Below the pieces are notes generated by a model. It worked only from the letters and a program-made list of their open reading frames with translations. It made no database searches and was not told where the DNA came from. From positions 1 to 63,823 of the forward strand of contig DATDXC010000074.1 of the NCBI GenBank assembly GCA_035289425.1: a DNA stretch of 63,823 nucleotides. Direction: 5' to 3'. The position numbers and the translations under genes were made by a program. Numbering within the stretch: the first letter of the stretch is position 1; each line of letters starts with the position of its first letter. Below are positions 17,484 through 25,424 of the stretch, one piece after another. The stretch is from Candidatus Nanoarchaeia archaeon (GTDB lineage Archaea > Nanobdellota > Nanobdellia > Woesearchaeales > DATDXC01).

Positions 17484-17600
17484 TCAATCAGTATACTTCG
17501 TTTTTTGCCTCCCGGCAAAAAGCTGTATTTGCGAAGTACAGCGCAAAACCAAAAAATTTCTCGGAGTGAAATTTTTGTTAATATTGAATATCTGTTGATT
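17484..17600 (-). promoter_or_regulatory. conserved structured 5' leader of argH-argS (copy A)
   Basis: Aligns by eye at about 75-80% with 41284-41410. Three hairpins: 17552-17576, 17528-17547, and 17502-17521 with a GGGA loop on the minus strand. No AUG in the leader. Confidence 0.6.
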
Positions 17601-17610
17601 ACTATCTTAA

Positions 17611-17669
17611 TTTATAAACTTATTGACCAGAAAAAAACTTATGGGACATAATTGTCTAGAATCAGACAT
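17611..17669 (-). promoter_or_regulatory. arg promoter/operator (copy A): TATA box + GGACA-N4-TGTCy palindrome + third half-site
   Basis: TTTATAAA 17611-17618; TATTGAC 17621-17627; a 16-nt spacer; GGACATAATTGTCT 17644-17657; a 6-nt spacer; AGACA 17664-17668. Spacings are identical in copies B and C. Confidence 0.65.
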
Positions 17670-18270
17670 CAGCCTTTCTGTATGCAATCAGATCCTTTAT
17701 CGAGTATATTCCCAGTTTATGCTGGCCTGCAAAATTCTCAAGGTCATCCAGCTTTGCCATCTCGCCATTATCCTTCATAATCTCTGCTATGATTGCTGCG
17801 GGGTACAAACTCGCCAGCTTGCAGAAATCAATGGCAGCTTCGGTATGGCCTTCCCTTTGCAGGACGCCATTTTCCTTGGCTCTTAATGGGAATATATGGC
17901 CGGGCTTATGGAAATCTGCCGGCTTAGATGCCGGATCAATCAATGCCTTGATGGTAGTGGCCCTGTCTTGTGCGCTGACGCCGGTAGTTACCTCTTTTTT
18001 GGCGTCAACTGAGATGGTGAATGCGCACCTCGTGTGGTCATCGGATTTCGCCATCAATGGAATCTCCAATGCATCGAGCCTTTTGCCTTCCATGGGCAGG
18101 CACATGATACCTCGAGCCCATTTTAGCATATTATTTATCTTAGATGGAGTAACCTTTTCTGCTGCAAGGATGAGGTCGCCTTCGTTCTCCCTGTTTTCAT
18201 CATCTACAATGATGATGAAATCCCCCCTTTGAAGGCTTTTTGTGGCCTCTTCAACTTTTCCGAAACGCAT
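17662..18270 (-). CDS. ribB: 3,4-dihydroxy-2-butanone 4-phosphate synthase
   Basis: DDENRENEGDLILAAE and REGHTEAAIDF motifs. Confidence 0.9.
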   Translation of the reverse strand: MRFGKVEEATKSLQRGDFIIIVDDENRENEGDLILAAEKVTPSKINNMLKWARGIMCLPMEGKRLDALEIPLMAKSDDHTRCAFTISVDAKKEVTTGVSAQDRATTIKALIDPASKPADFHKPGHIFPLRAKENGVLQREGHTEAAIDFCKLASLYPAAIIAEIMKDNGEMAKLDDLENFAGQHKLGIYSIKDLIAYRKADV

Positions 18271-18308
18271 ATTCTCAAAAAAATTGGCATACTATAAAAA
18301 TATATTGG

Positions 18309-19382
18309 TTATAGGTAGCCTTCAATAAGCATATCTTTGCCGAGCTTTTTATATGTCAGGTTCTTCACTTTTATGGAACGGTCTACCTTTTTAATGCCCA
18401 AATCTCCTAAGGCAGTAATGCCCTCGCCGATGAATTTAGGGGCAATGAAGAACAACACTTTGTCAACTATCTTTGAGCGGATGGCTTCTGCATTGAGCTC
18501 AGCTCCCCCCTCAACCAGGATGGAAGAAATCTCCCTCTTGCCCAATTCTTTCATCACTTCATCTAAGTCAACTTTGCCTTTCTTTGTTTTGAAAGCCAAG
18601 ACATTGACTCCTTTCTGCTGGAATTGCTTTATTTTGGACTTAGATGCCTGGTCAGATGTCACAATAAACAGCTTGCCTGGTTCATTTTTTACTATATTTG
18701 CGGTAAGCGGTGTCCGCAGCTTGCTGTCTACCACTATCTTAAGGGGATTCCTTCCTTTGGTAAGCCGCACAGTCAGCTGGGGACTATCTCTTAAGACCGT
18801 ATTTGAACCAACCATGACTGCATCATATTGGGATCTTAATTCATGCACATATTTTCTTGCCTGGTTTCCGGTTATATATTTTGAATCTCCGGTCTTAGTT
18901 GCAATCTTTCCGTCAAGACTGGTGGCTGCCTTTACCACGACAAAAGGCCTTTTTGTAGTAATCCATTTGGTATAAGGTTCGTTGATTCTCTTAGCTTCTT
19001 CTTCCAGGATACCTATCCGTGTTTTTATGCCCCTAAGCTTAAGCTCTTCATAGCCGTTTATGATCGGATTAGGGTCTTTCATTGCTATGACTACTTCTTT
19101 AACACCTGATTGCACAATCTTTTCGGTGCAAGGGGGAGTTTTACCCCAATGGGAGCATGGTTCTAATGTGGCATAGAGGATGCCATCCCTGGCTCTGCTG
19201 CCTGCTTCTTTCAATGCGTTAATCTCTGCATGGGGCTCCCCTGCTTTCTTATGGAATCCTTTGCCGATTATTTTGCCTCTCTTGACAATCAAGGCCCCCA
19301 CTAATGGATTGGGGGAGGTAAAGCCTTTGCCTTTCAGAGCTAGCTCAAGCGCCATCTCCATATATTTCTTGTGAGATATCAA
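18309..19382 (-). CDS. ribD: bifunctional riboflavin biosynthesis deaminase/reductase
   Basis: Deaminase Zn motif HAEINAL...PCSHWGKTPPC followed by a RibD_C-like reductase domain. Confidence 0.9.
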   Translation of the reverse strand: MISHKKYMEMALELALKGKGFTSPNPLVGALIVKRGKIIGKGFHKKAGEPHAEINALKEAGSRARDGILYATLEPCSHWGKTPPCTEKIVQSGVKEVVIAMKDPNPIINGYEELKLRGIKTRIGILEEEAKRINEPYTKWITTKRPFVVVKAATSLDGKIATKTGDSKYITGNQARKYVHELRSQYDAVMVGSNTVLRDSPQLTVRLTKGRNPLKIVVDSKLRTPLTANIVKNEPGKLFIVTSDQASKSKIKQFQQKGVNVLAFKTKKGKVDLDEVMKELGKREISSILVEGGAELNAEAIRSKIVDKVLFFIAPKFIGEGITALGDLGIKKVDRSIKVKNLTYKKLGKDMLIEGYL

Positions 19383-19497
19383 TTTATAAGGCTAAATCAA
19401 GATATAGTATATAAAGATTTGTGGCTATTAGTGAGGGAGTATCTTATCGGCAATACCCGAACCTGGTTTTTTTATCACCCTCCCCCCTATCAGCTAT

Positions 19498-20796
19498 TTA
19501 AGTATATGGTATGAACCCAAGATCTGTCTTAAATAAGTCTGGCCTTCTTCCTTGCAACCAGCCACACAGGCTTGGATAAGCTCTCCCAATAGCATCAAGA
19601 ACATCTGTCTTACCTTCAAACCTTTCCTGTCTTTGTGCCTTCCATACAGTCTCCAACCGAGCAGCCAACTCATGAGGTTGCACTACCTCGACTTCTTGTG
19701 CAAGTTGCCCTGTTTCTGGGTCAAGCATCAATGCGGCCGCAGCTGCTCCAGTTGCAAAATATGACTGGCGGATACCATGCTCTCTGCAAAATTTCAGAGC
19801 ACCCACTAATCTATCATCTGGATGTAGTTTTCTTGCTGGGTCTCTCGCTACTCTTGCAACACTGTCAGCTAAGTATGGATTAGATATCCTTTTAATCAAA
19901 GGTTCTGCATATGCAGTTCTCCATCCTTGTTGGGTAAATATTGGATCTTGCCCTTTATACGCTCTGCATAATGCTGCACCTGCCTCTGCAATCATCGCTT
20001 GTTGTGCCATAACTCTTATATCAACATTCTCCCTATCGTCGAGTTGAGGCATATCCTTTGCACCGACTAGTGCCAAAAGATAGGCTGCCATAGCATGTGG
20101 CCCATTATGCCCATATAATTTGACTCCATCAAACGGAACCAAATCTCTTTTTTCTTGGAATATGGCTAACATAGTTTCATATCCAGGTGGAAGCTGTGAT
20201 CTTGCCAATAAAATGTCAGGAGCTTCTTCTACTAAGAAAGCCGATTCTAATCCAGGAGTTATTGGAGTTAAGTTCATCTCCCTTATCTGGCTAGGATCAG
20301 TTACTCTCTGGCTCATCTTGCCTATGACCGTGTTTACAAACGTAGCTGTTGACATCTGGTCTAATTCAACCAGGGATTCTCTCAATAAGTGTGCAGCATT
20401 AATATTGTTCTCAGCAGTATAGACAACAACTCTTTTGGGGTTAACGGACAGTCCATGTTGTAATGGGTCTTTGACAGTAGGTTTAGAATAAAATTCCACA
20501 TTATTTAAAGCAGTTACAATCTCATCAGCTCTTTTTGTTGCGTCAAATAAACCGTTTACATCTTGAGGCTCTTCAGGATTAAGTATCGTTACTCCTTCAA
20601 CTTCTCTTGTAACTCTCCCATCCAGTGTTGCTGCATTAAAGGTATACTTTCCACCATTAGCCCTTACAGCTTCAACTGTTTTGGGGTCAACCTCAGAAAC
20701 AACCAGTTCATCAAACCTTCCTGACTTATAAGCTTCATAGAGGAATAATCCTGCCGATATTGGTCCAAATCCAAACGCAACAAATGTTTTTGACAT
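19498..20796 (-). CDS. mannitol dehydrogenase family protein (polyol/polyol-phosphate dehydrogenase)
   Basis: N-terminal FGFGPISAG dinucleotide fold. RISNPYLADSVARVARDPARKLHPDDRL is collinear with E. coli MtlD [28 protein letters not shown]. Confidence 0.7.
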   Translation of the reverse strand: MSKTFVAFGFGPISAGLFLYEAYKSGRFDELVVSEVDPKTVEAVRANGGKYTFNAATLDGRVTREVEGVTILNPEEPQDVNGLFDATKRADEIVTALNNVEFYSKPTVKDPLQHGLSVNPKRVVVYTAENNINAAHLLRESLVELDQMSTATFVNTVIGKMSQRVTDPSQIREMNLTPITPGLESAFLVEEAPDILLARSQLPPGYETMLAIFQEKRDLVPFDGVKLYGHNGPHAMAAYLLALVGAKDMPQLDDRENVDIRVMAQQAMIAEAGAALCRAYKGQDPIFTQQGWRTAYAEPLIKRISNPYLADSVARVARDPARKLHPDDRLVGALKFCREHGIRQSYFATGAAAAALMLDPETGQLAQEVEVVQPHELAARLETVWKAQRQERFEGKTDVLDAIGRAYPSLCGWLQGRRPDLFKTDLGFIPYT

Positions 20797-20923
20797 CTTG
20801 TCTACCCAATCTTGGAATATGCTTCCATCTCAACTAGTCTTTTAGTAAGCATTACCCTATTAAACTCAATACATCTTTGCAATATTCTTCTTACTTCTTG
20901 TGGAGTGGCTATGGGGGAGTATC

Positions 20924-21781
20924 TTATGGGAATTGTAGTTCTCCACCATCAGCACTGAACACCTTTGAGGTAGTTCTTTTAAATGGCCCATTAGGCGAAG
21001 CTAGCACCGCAACAATTTCTGCAACCTGTTCAGGTGTTGCCTGTATCATTGGCAACAACCCTCTGTGTTCATATGCTGCTGTAGCTGCTTCTGCAGTCAT
21101 TTTTTTTGTAGCAGCTCTTGAATCTAAGTATCCTCCTGCCCATAATCCGCTGCCTTGAACAACATTCCCGGGGGCGACAGCATTTGACCTAACCCCCATA
21201 GATCCTAATTCAGCAGCCATTTCTCTCATTAATGTAAGTCGAGCTCCGTTTGTAACGCCATATGGATTATTTGCAGACCCAACAATACCTGAATTTGAAC
21301 ATATGTAAATCAATGATCCATCCAAAAAGTGATGATCTCCTGCCTGTTCAATAAATGCTTGAGCAGCATACTTAGAGACTAAAGCATACCCTATCACATT
21401 TACATCAAGCAATTTTCTAAACTGCGCGACATCTAATCTGGCAATGGGCATACTTTCTTTCAAGGCAATCCCTGCATTATTGACGACTGTTTCTACAGTT
21501 CTGCCCTGCCTTAAATTATCAAAGATTGCTCTGACATTTCCTTCATCTTTTACATCACAGCTATAGAACTGAGCGCTCCCGCCGTTTCGCTTGATGGTTT
21601 CTTCTGTCTCACGACCACTAGCTTCCATAATGTCTAAAACTGCCACAAACATCTTTTGTCTCATCCCCAGTTCGTATGCAATTGCTCTTCCAATACATGA
21701 ACCTGCACCTGTCACGACTGCAGTTTTACCTGCTAAATCTGCATACACTGTTCCCTGTGAATATTGTTCGTTTGTTGACAT
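20924..21781 (-). CDS. short-chain dehydrogenase/reductase family protein
   Basis: TGAGSCIGRAIA, NNAGI, SNSGIVGSANNPYGVTNGA and APGNV. The expected Y-x-x-x-K reads YGVTN. Confidence 0.8.
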   Translation of the reverse strand: MSTNEQYSQGTVYADLAGKTAVVTGAGSCIGRAIAYELGMRQKMFVAVLDIMEASGRETEETIKRNGGSAQFYSCDVKDEGNVRAIFDNLRQGRTVETVVNNAGIALKESMPIARLDVAQFRKLLDVNVIGYALVSKYAAQAFIEQAGDHHFLDGSLIYICSNSGIVGSANNPYGVTNGARLTLMREMAAELGSMGVRSNAVAPGNVVQGSGLWAGGYLDSRAATKKMTAEAATAAYEHRGLLPMIQATPEQVAEIVAVLASPNGPFKRTTSKVFSADGGELQFP

Positions 21782-21820
21782 CTTTATCCCCCTATTCTTA
21801 CCTTTGACATTTTCTTTGCC

Positions 21821-23164
21821 TTACAAATAATGTTCCAGTAAAGCATCTTCAACTCTTCTTGTCAGTCTACCTTTTTCTATATCTTCAATGGCATCTCCCC
21901 ATTCTACCGGTAATTTAGTTAGATCGGAGATTGCAGTAAGTGGCAGATCAGCTACTTGATTGAGAACACAAATCTTTTGGTTGAATTTTCTATCATGTTG
22001 AGCCTCTAAAGCCTCTGGCAGTTTTTGCCATCCTGTAACTGCTTCAGCAAATCCATAAGTATTTATCTTACCATCTTCAAGCCTTTTAAGGACATCCCTC
22101 ATATCCTGCAGTGTGGATCCGCTGTTTCCGGTTACGACGAATGGCCTGCCCCCAATCCTAGCTTCCAATATGGTATTTGCCGAGTGGATAGCCTTTAAAC
22201 TTGAAGCCTGCCCTGAAGCTAATTGTATCGGACCTTCACCCCTATTATAACTGGAATACACATTAATAACTGCATGGTCACGTAATGCCTGTAAGTTTTG
22301 CAGTGTAACATCCGCAATTGGAGCCAATTCTAGATAATAGTCAATCTTTAAATCCCTAAACTCACCCTGATTAGGCAAGCCGCCACTCATACCCGATGGG
22401 TTAAACGGTAAAAGCCGTACACCTGCAGATGCAAGCTCTGCTCCAAACTTTTGTTCATATGCTTGCAGCCGTTTTGCATCCAGGTCACTAACGACCAATG
22501 TTGTTATTCCTTGATATTTGCCTTCTTTTCTTCTTAGTAATATTTCTTCAGTATGCATATTGCCCATCGGCCCACCTACACCATTAATCCATACTGTGTG
22601 ATCATCATCCCTGACAGGACCGACTTGATGAGACGCATATGCACATGTCGGACCTTCAACTAGGGCAGCTTCAATATATCCAATGTCCCTATCCAATTTG
22701 ATCAAATATTCTTGGACCACCGGTCCCCATTGTGCAAATCCTCTAAATGCACCGAAAACCCTATACCCCACAGCCTGATTATTAGCATATCCCCTTAGGT
22801 CAGCCTGCAACACAACCCTGTCACCAGAATTAAAATCCTGAACTTTATCGCCAACTTTAACTACAGTTAAGGTAGCTTCATGGCCATTGACTATGCCAGT
22901 TCCTTCAATATCAAATCCAGACTTGCCATCGGCTCCCACAATTCGTTCTCGGGCGTATGGCGTCCAGATATTTTTAACATCTGAAGTACAGATCACTGAA
23001 GCGTCAACTCTCAGCAACACTGCGTTATCTGTAACTGATGGAGTTTCCCATAATTCGAAATTAGTACTATCGATCCCTTCTCCTCTTTGAACAAATGCCC
23101 AGTACCTGTCTGGTGGCATGTGACTATCCAAGCTCCCGTATCTTGCTAACTTGTTTTGTTTCAT
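21821..23164 (-). CDS. medium-chain dehydrogenase/reductase-like protein (atypical, no obvious zinc ligands)
   Basis: GroES-like N-domain (VICTSDV, NGHEATLTVVKVGDKV). Start set to the ATG at 23164 (MKQNKLARYG). Confidence 0.55.
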   Translation of the reverse strand: MKQNKLARYGSLDSHMPPDRYWAFVQRGEGIDSTNFELWETPSVTDNAVLLRVDASVICTSDVKNIWTPYARERIVGADGKSGFDIEGTGIVNGHEATLTVVKVGDKVQDFNSGDRVVLQADLRGYANNQAVGYRVFGAFRGFAQWGPVVQEYLIKLDRDIGYIEAALVEGPTCAYASHQVGPVRDDDHTVWINGVGGPMGNMHTEEILLRRKEGKYQGITTLVVSDLDAKRLQAYEQKFGAELASAGVRLLPFNPSGMSGGLPNQGEFRDLKIDYYLELAPIADVTLQNLQALRDHAVINVYSSYNRGEGPIQLASGQASSLKAIHSANTILEARIGGRPFVVTGNSGSTLQDMRDVLKRLEDGKINTYGFAEAVTGWQKLPEALEAQHDRKFNQKICVLNQVADLPLTAISDLTKLPVEWGDAIEDIEKGRLTRRVEDALLEHYL

Positions 23165-23350
23165 AGTATCACCTTTTTGTTCTTTGCATCTGCAAATCTC
23201 CTGCCTGTTCAATAATCCAATCTCTGTATAGTTTTACCATCCAAACTCTGTAAATTTCTCTTTGATTTATAAACTTTTTCAATTATAACTACTTTTGAAT
23301 AGATACTTTGGGAAAGATTTAAAAATCTCCCACAATTTTACTCGAATAAA

Positions 23351-24022
23351 ATGCAAGAACCAGGAACTGTCGCAGCTGCAATGATTAATGTAGGAAAGCT
23401 AGCTTATCAACAAGGTTTATTTCGAGGTACTGATGGGAATATCTCAGTAAGAGAAAAACGATTATATTACGTTACAGAAAGCGGCGCTAATATAGGGTTA
23501 ATGGATGAACATCAAATTCTTTTAGGTTTTAGTGAAAGTCTTTTAGCTGCTTCAAGGAAACCATGCAAAGATAGGCCGTCAAAAGAATTTCCAGTTCATA
23601 TGGAATTTTATGATGCTGGTTACGGCGCAGTTGTCCATCTGCACGGACTATATGCCCAACATTTTGCTGAAACTAACTTAAGGTATAATCATCCTTTAGC
23701 AAGAGAACCTGTTTATCAGATCGAAAGGACAGAGCTCGGGCCAGTATTTGTGGTAGACTATTGTGAACCAGGAACATTAGTTGCAAAAGGTCTTGACCTA
23801 AAAACGACAAGGGCAGTTATAGTAAGAGGCCACGGAACTTTTGTTGCTGGAAGAGGAGAAGGAATAAACGCTTTAGATGATGCATTTGCAGCAACACAGA
23901 TGATTGAAGGTTTAGTGCAACTGATCATGATAAGAGAACACGATGCTAAACCGATTCCACCTGATAGATTAGTAGCAACATTAAAAAAATATGATGGAAG
24001 ATTATTACAGCCTTGGAGGTAA
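23351..24022 (+). CDS. class II aldolase/adducin N-terminal domain family protein
   Basis: FRGTDGNISVR, VVHLHGLYA and VIVRGHGTFVAG, as in fuculose-P aldolase, ribulose-5-P 4-epimerase and MtnB-type enzymes. Confidence 0.8.
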   Translation: MQEPGTVAAAMINVGKLAYQQGLFRGTDGNISVREKRLYYVTESGANIGLMDEHQILLGFSESLLAASRKPCKDRPSKEFPVHMEFYDAGYGAVVHLHGLYAQHFAETNLRYNHPLAREPVYQIERTELGPVFVVDYCEPGTLVAKGLDLKTTRAVIVRGHGTFVAGRGEGINALDDAFAATQMIEGLVQLIMIREHDAKPIPPDRLVATLKKYDGRLLQPWR

Positions 24023-24028
24023 AATAAG

Positions 24029-25288
24029 ATGACAAAACCAACTTTAGAAGCATGTTTAAGATTTCATGAAGAACAAGATCCAGATAAAAGACAGTTACCT
24101 ATTCTTATACCAGGACTAAACACTTATGCTTATGGTATAAACAGAGAAGCTAAAGAAAAAGGTTTCATAGACCAAGATAGGATGTCTTTGCAAGAAATAG
24201 AATCAGAGCTTTTTTTGCCACAGATTGAAGCAGGAATTCTTCAAGTTGAATTAGCAGAAGATATTTTTGAAAAGACAGATGAACCAGGAATTTTTAAAGG
24301 ACTTGACTTCAATGGGTATTTCCCACAGTGGCTACAACAAAGGGTTGATCTTATAAACAGGCTTGCCGAAAGACATAATCTTAAGATCCAATCAACAGGA
24401 ACCGGTCAATTTCTTTATACAAGGATGCTTGCCATAGCCAAAACTGGATGCATGGAATTGGGCGAGTCAGATAGTGAAGCAGTAATGAGAACATTTGATA
24501 ATCTAATAAAATTGGCAAATGCAGTTGGAGCGAGAATTGTTGGTGGCCATAGGGTAATGACTGCTAAGCCAGACGAACACGCTAAAATGTATTCCATAGA
24601 TCACTTTGCCAGAGAATTCGGATGGGATTTACCAACCACAGTAAAAATCAGAGATATAACAGAAGCAGAAGCATATAACATAGCAATGGCAATTCGACTA
24701 AACAAAAATCGATTTGGAATATCAAACACTACTGAGTTGATGTATCAACATTACGGTATGGCCCCAGTTGGTGTTGATCAGATGAATAGGATGCATTCAA
24801 TAATACAAGCAAATAGCCGTTGTCAAGTGTATGCTCATATGGATATTGGGCATGTAGCGGTTGGCGCAGGTGGACCAAAACAAAGACGGGATTATAACCT
24901 CAGAGAATATGGGACAGAAGTGGTCTGGCCTGCTTGGGTTGTTCACTTTAACTCCTTATATGATAATGCACATGGAATGCCAACTGCTGAAAATGTAGCA
25001 AAAGATCTTAGAGTTAGAGATGGACAAGAAACAACAAAAAAATCACCTCACCCAGATCTTTATTGCGATGTTTACCGAGATTGGCTAGTTCCGACAGCTG
25101 AAAGAACTAGAGTTATGCAACTAACTCCAGAACCAAAAGATACAAAAGATGTAAGCCGACTAGTCAGAGAAGCAAAAGAAACATATCGATTAATACAAGA
25201 ACAGTTTGCCGCTACGCATACTGACGTTCAAGGGTATCTGGTTCCAAATGGAATGCTGAAGGCATTTAAAGAGAGATTTGTACTGTAA
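24029..25288 (+). CDS. hypothetical protein (possibly xylose-isomerase-like TIM-barrel metalloenzyme)
   Basis: 419 aa preceded by a GGAGGT SD. The only hint is an HMDIGH-type motif; the ORF is secure but the function is not. Confidence 0.5.
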   Translation: MTKPTLEACLRFHEEQDPDKRQLPILIPGLNTYAYGINREAKEKGFIDQDRMSLQEIESELFLPQIEAGILQVELAEDIFEKTDEPGIFKGLDFNGYFPQWLQQRVDLINRLAERHNLKIQSTGTGQFLYTRMLAIAKTGCMELGESDSEAVMRTFDNLIKLANAVGARIVGGHRVMTAKPDEHAKMYSIDHFAREFGWDLPTTVKIRDITEAEAYNIAMAIRLNKNRFGISNTTELMYQHYGMAPVGVDQMNRMHSIIQANSRCQVYAHMDIGHVAVGAGGPKQRRDYNLREYGTEVVWPAWVVHFNSLYDNAHGMPTAENVAKDLRVRDGQETTKKSPHPDLYCDVYRDWLVPTAERTRVMQLTPEPKDTKDVSRLVREAKETYRLIQEQFAATHTDVQGYLVPNGMLKAFKERFVL

Positions 25289-25424
25289 AACAACAATATT
25301 CCACTCATCGCTAATATGTGGTTTTTGATTTAATTCTTCTTTTTTCTATCCGTAAATATTTTGAGCTATTCTTAAATGACAACAAAGTTTTAAATAAATC
25401 AGCGTTTTATTAAATGATTAGGGG

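Noticed and set aside
17484-17600. T-box-like tRNA sensing or a bacterial ArgR ARG box as the explanation for the conserved arg leaders
   Set aside because: The hairpin loops are not conserved between the two copies, so there is no shared specifier codon or UGGN tRNA-acceptor pairing site. Only half-site-like TGAATA strings occur, not the 18-bp ARG box palindrome.
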